From contig CAYMZG010000001.1 in the NCBI GenBank assembly GCA_964394925.1, positions 131,656 through 195,655 on the forward strand: a DNA stretch of 64,000 bases, in the 5' to 3' direction. Under the pieces are notes generated by a model. That model was given only the letters and a program-made list of their open reading frames with translations. It had not been told where the DNA came from and made no database searches. This DNA comes from an uncultured Candidatus Saccharibacteria bacterium (GTDB lineage: Bacteria; Patescibacteriota; Saccharimonadia; Saccharimonadales; CAYLGV01). Below, piece by piece: positions 57,863-64,000 of this stretch (its first letter is position 1; the number at the start of each line of letters is the position of its first letter). Both the position numbers and the translations under genes were made by a program.

Positions 57863-60800
57863 CTATAACTTCTCGATGGGTGCGAAGGCAATATTGAGTT
57901 TTTTCGTGCCCTTACCCTTGAAGTAGATCGTGGCGTTATCGCCATCCATTTCAACAATCGTGCCCACGCCAAACAGTTGATGTCGCACGCCATCGCCTTC
58001 GTTCAGTTCCGGTACATAACGCGGTTCATCATTTTTAACAAGATTGTTAGGGCTTGGGGGTCGTGCTGGCCCACTGGTATCTGGCTTGCCGAACATACTC
58101 CCTTGGCGCGCGCCACCAGAAAAGTTATCACGTGGCATATAATCGCGCGCAAAGTTATCGTCGAAGCCAGATGCCATATGCACATCACCATCAATTTCAC
58201 TTAAGAAGCGCGACGGTGGGTTGTGTTGCACACCACCGTACAACATACGGCTCGAGGCATGTAACAAATACAATTCCTCCTTAGCGCGTGTCATTCCCAC
58301 ATAGCACAGTCGTCGCTCTTCCTCCATCTCCGCTTGGTCATACAATGCCCGAGAATGGGGGAAAATAGTCTCTTCCATGCCAATCATAAATACCACAGGG
58401 AACTCGAGCCCCTTAGCAGCATGAAGCGTCATAAGGGTGACGGCATTGCCGTCAAAATCTGCCCCATCCAAATCACTCACCAGAGAGACTTCTTCCAAAA
58501 AGCCAGACAGGCCAAATTCTTGATAGCTCTGCGCCACGCTTAATAATTCCTTGACGTTTTCTTGGCGGGCTTCACCCTGAGGTGTTTTATCGTCGAGGAA
58601 CTGCATGTAATTAAGGCGACGAATCAGGCTATCCAATAGCACGGGCAGGGCTACGCTGTCCATTTGGGCTCGGAACGTTCGAAGTAATTCACCGAGTTCG
58701 AAGAGCCCTTGCTTGGCTTTATTTTGGAGATTCGAGTGGTCTTTAACGCTCTCCAGGGCTGTTTGTAGGCTCATGTCGTTAGCTTGCTGCCAAATCGCAA
58801 AGTTCTCGAGCGACTTGGCACCGATACCACGCGTCGGCACATTCACGATGCGGTCAAAGCTCACCGTATCTCCGGGCTGATAAATCAAGCGCAGGTACGC
58901 CATGATGTCTTTGATTTCTTTGCGGTCATAGAAACGCTGGCCGCCAACAATACGGTACGGCACACCGTAACGAATAAAAGCTTCTTCAATGGCTCGACTT
59001 TGGGCATTGGTTCGATACAGCACGGCAAAGTCTTTATAACTACGGGCATTTAGGTCGGCTGCTGTCTTAACGCGCCGAATGATCGCCTCACCCTCGGCTC
59101 GCTCATTACCAACTTGCATGAGCTGGATTGGCTTGCCATTGTCGGCGTCGGTCCAGAGCTTTTTGTCGGACCGCTGACTGTTTTTGGTAATCACCGCGTG
59201 AGCAGCATCAAGGATAGCCTTGGTGCTGCGATAGTTCTGTTCAAGCTTAATAATGGTTGCTTTTGGATAATCTCGTTCAAAGTTGAGAATGTTGCGAAAA
59301 TCTGCACCTCTCCAGGAATAGATTGAGTTGTGGACCAGAACGCCATTTGCCGTGTAATTGTGAACATGTGTGATATCTAAATCGTACACCGCTCCTTTGT
59401 AATCAAGTTTATCAACACTGGTAACTTTTTCTTCAGAGATTCGATCTTTTTCACTAACGGGAACAATCATGCCGGGCAATACATGACCAGCAGGTGTGAA
59501 GGCAAATTTCTTATCTGAAATAAAGGCATGTTTAACCACAGCAATATCGGTTTTAGTGCCATTTAATGCGTCTTCCAGGAGTGCTTCTAGCTCAGCATAG
59601 TTTTGTCTAGCAACTTCTACCCTGAATGTATCGGCACGTCCTGCTCGAATACTGATACCTTTGTCTGCAAAGACTGCCAGGTCTTCTTTGTCGCTCGTAT
59701 TTATTGATAGCCTGCTCATTGCCCAGCTACCACTTGCTTGTGCTATGCGACGATCACTAAAAAAAGTAAGGTTTGCATGGACCCGCTTGATGCCATTACG
59801 CGTAGTGGCCTGTGGGCGAAAATGAGGAAATTCAACGTTTAGCCCTTGATCTGCCATTAACTCTTCTGCACGACTTACTGTATCAATGTTATCGAAGAGT
59901 GCATCGATGTATGCCTGACTCAAGCTCATCGCACGATTCTTGAATGCATGGAAGACCATCATTGGTATGCCGTACTTATATGCGAGTAGCGCCTCTTGGT
60001 AGACAGCCTCTTCACGATCTTTGCAAAGTTTTAGAACCCACATTTTCTCTGCCCGCTCTTGATTACCACGCACCCGTAGCCCAATATCATCTTTCTTGCC
60101 ATCGAATCGTGTACCTTTAGCGATCCCGATGCGATATCCTTTAGCTTTGGCATACATCAGATACACAAAATAACCTTCGGTCTTACCCCACCTAGTGAAA
60201 AGCATATGATTAGGAGTAACTGTAAGCTCCTTTCCAGATTCTGTGCGTATCTTTATGACCTCACCGTTATAATCGAAGCTTCTTGTTTTTTCGACACTAA
60301 AGCTATCTTGCTTACCAAAACCAATGGCCGATGTAACCATTTCGCCTGTTTTAATAGATTCAATTGACTTCGGCCCGCTTGCTGTCCGAACCTGACTGCC
60401 AGGTAGTAGACATTGCCAGTCGTCGCCCACAACCGCAATATTTTGCTGATCATTAGTCAGCAACTTAACCAACTTGTACTGTGCAGCGTTTGTGTCCTGA
60501 TACTCATCAATCATGATATAGCTGAACTGCTTGCGCCACTTGTTGCGGATTTCTTGGTTAGTTTGCAGGAGCTGTGCCACACGAGCAATCAAATCATCAA
60601 AGTCCAGTGCACCATTGTCTTTAAGGATTTTTTGGTACAACGGATACACCTGTGCTGCTGCTTTGTGTGTTGGGCTTGTACTTAAACCACTATACTCGGC
60701 TGGTGAGATTAATTCGTTTTTAGCGCTACTAATAAGCCCCGAAATGGTGCGTGGTGGAAAAGCCTTCTCATCGAGCATGACCTGTTTAGAGGCCTGCTTA

Positions 60801-61174
60801 ACAGCACTTAACCGATCGGCTTCATCGAAGATAACAAAGTTAGAGGGAACATGCACATGTTCACCATCCTGCCGCAAGATACGTACACAAATACTGTGAA
60901 ACGTGCCCATGAACGGCATAAAGCTGCGGTTGTCGGGGTTTTCACCAAGTAATGTCGCCACCCGTTCGCGCATCTCACGGGCCGCTTTGTTGGTAAAAGT
61001 AACGGCCAATATGTTGTACGGTGTCGCTTTGTGACTGGCAATAAGGTGGGCAATGCGGTGTGTTAACGTCTTGGTTTTGCCAGAGCCGGCGCCAGCCAAA
61101 ATAAGCAACGGTCCTTCGGTAGTTTCTACCGCACGACGCTGCTCATCGTTAAGACCCTCAAGGAGATGTTGCAT
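57863..61174 (-). CDS. pcrA: ATP-dependent DNA helicase PcrA/UvrD, interrupted by an intein (1103 aa precursor, 741 aa after splicing)
   Basis: Walker A AGAGSGKT and motif II DEYQDT. Motif III is split as VGDDWQ | intein | SIYSWRGA. The later motifs (TLHAAKGLEF, YVGMTRAK) and the C-terminal Tudor-like tail are intact. Confidence 0.9.
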   Translation of the reverse strand: MQHLLEGLNDEQRRAVETTEGPLLILAGAGSGKTKTLTHRIAHLIASHKATPYNILAVTFTNKAAREMRERVATLLGENPDNRSFMPFMGTFHSICVRILRQDGEHVHVPSNFVIFDEADRLSAVKQASKQVMLDEKAFPPRTISGLISSAKNELISPAEYSGLSTSPTHKAAAQVYPLYQKILKDNGALDFDDLIARVAQLLQTNQEIRNKWRKQFSYIMIDEYQDTNAAQYKLVKLLTNDQQNIAVVGDDWQCLLPGSQVRTASGPKSIESIKTGEMVTSAIGFGKQDSFSVEKTRSFDYNGEVIKIRTESGKELTVTPNHMLFTRWGKTEGYFVYLMYAKAKGYRIGIAKGTRFDGKKDDIGLRVRGNQERAEKMWVLKLCKDREEAVYQEALLAYKYGIPMMVFHAFKNRAMSLSQAYIDALFDNIDTVSRAEELMADQGLNVEFPHFRPQATTRNGIKRVHANLTFFSDRRIAQASGSWAMSRLSINTSDKEDLAVFADKGISIRAGRADTFRVEVARQNYAELEALLEDALNGTKTDIAVVKHAFISDKKFAFTPAGHVLPGMIVPVSEKDRISEEKVTSVDKLDYKGAVYDLDITHVHNYTANGVLVHNSIYSWRGADFRNILNFERDYPKATIIKLEQNYRSTKAILDAAHAVITKNSQRSDKKLWTDADNGKPIQLMQVGNERAEGEAIIRRVKTAADLNARSYKDFAVLYRTNAQSRAIEEAFIRYGVPYRIVGGQRFYDRKEIKDIMAYLRLIYQPGDTVSFDRIVNVPTRGIGAKSLENFAIWQQANDMSLQTALESVKDHSNLQNKAKQGLFELGELLRTFRAQMDSVALPVLLDSLIRRLNYMQFLDDKTPQGEARQENVKELLSVAQSYQEFGLSGFLEEVSLVSDLDGADFDGNAVTLMTLHAAKGLEFPVVFMIGMEETIFPHSRALYDQAEMEEERRLCYVGMTRAKEELYLLHASSRMLYGGVQHNPPSRFLSEIDGDVHMASGFDDNFARDYMPRDNFSGGARQGSMFGKPDTSGPARPPSPNNLVKNDEPRYVPELNEGDGVRHQLFGVGTIVEMDGDNATIYFKGKGTKKLNIAFAPIEKL
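59327..60412 (-). mobile_element. intein (362 aa, residues 255-616 of the helicase precursor)
   Basis: The first residue is Cys (TGT at 60412..60410; CLLPGSQV is block A). Block B is TVTPNHMLF. The C-terminal blocks are AVYDLDITHVHNYTANGVLVHN, followed by +1 Ser (AAC at 59329..59327, TCA at 59326..59324). Removing it restores the canonical motif III VGDDWQSIYSWRGA. Confidence 0.9.
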
Positions 61175-61218
61175 CCCTATAGTGTACCAAAAATACTACT
61201 CGAACTATTGATGTAAAA

Positions 61219-61986
61219 TTAGTTTTTGATCAGCTGGAACGGTACGTCGAATCCAACCTTAAGTATTTTGGCATCGATCGCTATATACAGCCCGATCAGC
61301 ACGATCAGTAATACCAGTGACACAAGTGCTATACGGTTATTGCGACGACGGGCTACTTGTCCCGTTTTTACAAAATATTTCTTCTCATCGATCAATTTTT
61401 GATAGTGTTCACGTTTGGCGGTTTCTTGTTCGGCATCTTCTTCATTCTTTTTCTTTGCCGAAGGCGCTTGATTAATGACCGCGTCCATCTCAGCAACGTC
61501 TGATGTGGCGTCTGTTTTCTTTTTGTCATTTTTTGCAGCTTTATCATCATTTTCTGCATTTGCTATAGTCTTAGACGATTCAGCTGATACTTTGGTGTCT
61601 GCAGATTTCTTGGTTTCTTCAGAGTTCGTTGATGCTTCATCAGAGGTGGTCGAGGGGTCCTTTTCAACTACTAACGGCTTATCTTGTCCCTTGTCGTTAG
61701 CTGAGTCTGCTTCGCTGGTGGTTTTCTTATTCTCGGAAACGCTATTTTCCGGGCTATCTTTCAAGGGCTTAACAACCTTTTCGCCCGATGTTGGTGCGCT
61801 TTTTGGCTCATTGCCAGTTTTAGTGGTGGTTTCAAACTCAGAGATTTCTTCCGGTTTGACCATTGGGTCTTGAATCATTGGACGATGTGACACAATAACA
61901 GGCCGAGCTGATGCATCTGCCGCCACTTTACCGGGCTTAGATACATCCATAGCCTTCTGGTCATCTTTTGAAACATCATTTGCCAT
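61219..61986 (-). CDS. hypothetical Lys/Asp/Ser-rich protein with a C-terminal TM anchor
   Basis: 255 aa. Low-complexity N-terminal 210 aa, then NRIALVSLVLLIVLIGLYIAI. Overlaps tpiA by 11 nt. Confidence 0.55.
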   Translation of the reverse strand: MANDVSKDDQKAMDVSKPGKVAADASARPVIVSHRPMIQDPMVKPEEISEFETTTKTGNEPKSAPTSGEKVVKPLKDSPENSVSENKKTTSEADSANDKGQDKPLVVEKDPSTTSDEASTNSEETKKSADTKVSAESSKTIANAENDDKAAKNDKKKTDATSDVAEMDAVINQAPSAKKKNEEDAEQETAKREHYQKLIDEKKYFVKTGQVARRRNNRIALVSLVLLIVLIGLYIAIDAKILKVGFDVPFQLIKN

Positions 61987-62776
61987 CGTTTACTCCGTGT
62001 AACTGGCGGTAAGCCGCCTCTGTTATGCCAGTAAATTCTTCATAGTTGAGGCTCGCACCGCCAACAAGTAAGCCATTTATACCTGGTGTGCTAAGCAAGC
62101 CACCTGCGGTGGCTGCACTTGAACTACCACCATAGAGCACACGCACGCGTTCAGCTGTGGCTTTGCCATGCAAATGACGAATATTGCTCCTGATTGCAGC
62201 AGCAGCCTTGCCAATAAGTTCGGGAGTGGGTATTTCATGATGAGCATAGTCTTTACCATTGCTCAGAGCCCAGACTGGTTCGTACGCAATCACTACGCCC
62301 TCTACTTCTTCAGTTGTTAAATTGCTGAGCGCAGTTGTAACTTGGTCATGTAAGACCTGTGTGGCTTCTCCATCGAGCCGCTCTTGTTTGGTTTCACCCA
62401 CGCATAGTATTGGCGTAATCTCATTGCGAACTGCTGCGGCCACTTTGTCGCGTATAAGTTCGAGACCCTCGCCAAACTTGTGCCGTCGGTCACTATGACC
62501 GAGTATGACGTAATCCACAAGACCCCGTAGCATTGTGAGGCTCACTTCACCAGTATACGGTCCCTCATCAAGTGCATAGCCGTTCTGGGCACCGATTCTA
62601 AATTTGCGATGATCAATCTCTAGACTGAGTGGCTGTAAGCTAACAAAACTTGGGCACACCACGACTTCAATATCGCGATGCACACGCACACGTTTGTCAA
62701 GTCGATGCATCAACAAACTTCCCTCATGAACGGTGAGGTGCATTTTCCAGTTACCGACGATAAGTGTTTTGGTCAT
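61976..62776 (-). CDS. tpiA: triosephosphate isomerase
   Basis: VGNWKMH, GHSDRR, YEPVWA and YGGS motifs, 266 aa. Confidence 0.9.
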   Translation of the reverse strand: MTKTLIVGNWKMHLTVHEGSLLMHRLDKRVRVHRDIEVVVCPSFVSLQPLSLEIDHRKFRIGAQNGYALDEGPYTGEVSLTMLRGLVDYVILGHSDRRHKFGEGLELIRDKVAAAVRNEITPILCVGETKQERLDGEATQVLHDQVTTALSNLTTEEVEGVVIAYEPVWALSNGKDYAHHEIPTPELIGKAAAAIRSNIRHLHGKATAERVRVLYGGSSSAATAGGLLSTPGINGLLVGGASLNYEEFTGITEAAYRQLHGVNDGK

Positions 62777-62811
62777 AACAAATTGCTTATGGTTATTGTA
62801 GCACCTTTACG

Positions 62812-64000
62812 TTATTTCTTCTTGAGCGCCTCTACACCTGGCAACGTTTTACCACTCATGAGTTCCATACTGGCACCGCCACCTGTTGACACATGATTGA
62901 AGCAATCTACCAAGTTTCGATCTTCGATGTAGCCGACGGTGTCACCACCACCAAGCACCGTAAATGGTTTATGGCCATATTCCCCAAGCATTGCGTCTAC
63001 AATAATTTCAGTGCCATGGGCAAACGGCCCAATTGCCCCCTGTAAGCCATGTGTCTCGGTAACTCCCATCGCGCCATTCCAAATAACCGTCTTGGCAAGT
63101 TGAATACCACCGGCGATAAAGGCACCAGAGAAGGGTCCAATGTCCAGAATCATTTCGGTACTGAGTACTTTCTCGGTACTGCGGGGTGGCCGTTTTGGAT
63201 AGTCTTGGATAGCAGCAATCACGTGAGCGTCCCAGTCGACAATACGCGTAAAACGAGGGTTCTTTAGATCAGTCGCTACCACGCCATCTTGCGGCAAGTA
63301 AAAAGCAAATTGCCCCTTCGCAGCCTTGGCGCGAGCATGCTCAATAATCTCTTTCGCAAGTGGTACTTCATCCGGTTCTACCACGCTCTTTCCGACCTTG
63401 ATTCCTTCGGCAAGCAGGAACGTGTTTGCCATAGCTCCACCGACAACCACGAAGTCAGCAATGTCAATAAAACGCTTAAGTATCGTGATCTTATCGGAAA
63501 TCTTGACGCCGCCAATAATCGCTAACAGTGGACGTTCGGGTTTTTCCATAACGCTCGTAATGGTATCCACTTCTTTTTCGAGGAGTAAACCTGCAACGCT
63601 GGGCACGTGGCGGGTGATCGCCTCGGTGCTGGCGTGCGCACGATGAACAACCCCAAAACCATCTTGCACAAAGATATCGGCTAGCCGGGCTAGCTGTTTA
63701 GCAAAATCATCACTGTTCTTTTCTTCCTCAGGGTGAAATCGCAGGTTTTCAAGGAGTAATACTTCTCCGTCTTTAAGAGCTGCGACTTTTTGCTCCGCCT
63801 CTTCACCAATACAATTAGGTGCAAATGCCACGCCTTTCTTAAGCAGCGTTGCTAAGCGTACAGCACATGGCTCAAGACTAAAGTCATTATGTACCCGCCC
63901 CTCAGGGCGACCCAAATGTGAGCACAGGATTACTTTGGCGCCATGCTCAATGAGATACTCGATGGTAGGTAACGATTTCTTAATACGATAATCATCAGTA
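62812..64000 (-). CDS. pgk: phosphoglycerate kinase (5' end beyond the right edge)
   Basis: The frame stays open upstream of the track start: ..IKKSLPTIEYLIEHGAKVILCSHLGRPEG, containing the PGK N-domain motif. The C-terminal motif is STGGGASMEL. Confidence 0.9.
   Translation of the reverse strand, partial: TDDYRIKKSLPTIEYLIEHGAKVILCSHLGRPEGRVHNDFSLEPCAVRLATLLKKGVAFAPNCIGEEAEQKVAALKDGEVLLLENLRFHPEEEKNSDDFAKQLARLADIFVQDGFGVVHRAHASTEAITRHVPSVAGLLLEKEVDTITSVMEKPERPLLAIIGGVKISDKITILKRFIDIADFVVVGGAMANTFLLAEGIKVGKSVVEPDEVPLAKEIIEHARAKAAKGQFAFYLPQDGVVATDLKNPRFTRIVDWDAHVIAAIQDYPKRPPRSTEKVLSTEMILDIGPFSGAFIAGGIQLAKTVIWNGAMGVTETHGLQGAIGPFAHGTEIIVDAMLGEYGHKPFTVLGGGDTVGYIEDRNLVDCFNHVSTGGGASMELMSGKTLPGVEALKKK

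Noticed and set aside
57151-57897. 248-aa ORF on the plus strand, antisense to the DUF348/G5 wall-protein gene
   Set aside because: It lies almost entirely inside a well-supported minus-strand gene. Its sequence is Arg/His/Cys-rich and low in information (MHRITAGERNLLFFQKVAYRLGMCAHHHLG...), typical of a shadow ORF. It has no SD or promoter.

Overview
This is a gene-dense window (about 50% GC) with about 60 protein genes, most of them on the minus strand, many with 1-11 nt overlaps. It uses the standard bacterial code: TGA, TAA and TAG all terminate clearly recognisable genes, for example TGA ends the nadR-like gene at 44166..44168. The gene content points to a reduced-genome, monoderm, CPR/Patescibacteria-type organism, possibly Saccharibacteria-like. 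The signs are truncated housekeeping enzymes, many membrane-anchored low-complexity orphans, a large NAD salvage block, a trehalase and an Rpf/G5 wall protein. That taxonomic call is inference only; no search was run.

Recognisable content:
- pheA, exoD-like, sbcB and obg.
- A cell-wall and division block: LysM-CHAP hydrolase, mltG, ruvX, an orphan bitopic protein and an FtsA-like ATPase.
- alaS and mnmA.
- A seven-gene secreted or anchored surface-protein cluster (16.1-24.0 kb).
- An F1Fo ATP synthase operon (b, delta, alpha, gamma, beta, epsilon) with no a or c subunit genes nearby.
- Cysteine desulfurase and a TatD-family hydrolase.
- A 12.6-kb NAD/ADP-ribose block: nadD, nadE, nrtR, an interrupted LOG-like gene, ADP-ribosylglycohydrolase, histidine phosphatase, pncA, pncB, pnuC, nadR-like, NUDT9-like Nudix and an IMPase-family gene.
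- metG, trehalase, FKBP, ssrA (tmRNA), two MFS transporters with a MarR regulator, rsmA, a DUF348/G5 wall protein, an intein-containing pcrA/uvrD helicase, tpiA and a partial pgk.

Most interesting observations:
1. The surface-protein cluster looks like a Csc/WxL- or SCPU-like fibre-assembly module. It is bracketed by two inverted copies of a 61-nt hairpin element.
2. A 362-aa intein splits helicase motif III of PcrA, and its middle domain does not look like LAGLIDADG.
3. The NAD island carries four copies of a 21-bp TTAGTGT-N7-ACACTAA palindrome, predicted to be NrtR operators. It also contains an ARH/histidine-phosphatase pair and a roughly 700-codon LOG-like gene broken by one in-frame TAA.
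4. In the ATP synthase operon, the slot where a/c genes would sit holds an orphan protein ending in a c-subunit-like hairpin that has no acidic residue.

I noticed no rRNA, tRNA, CRISPR array, transposase or integrase.
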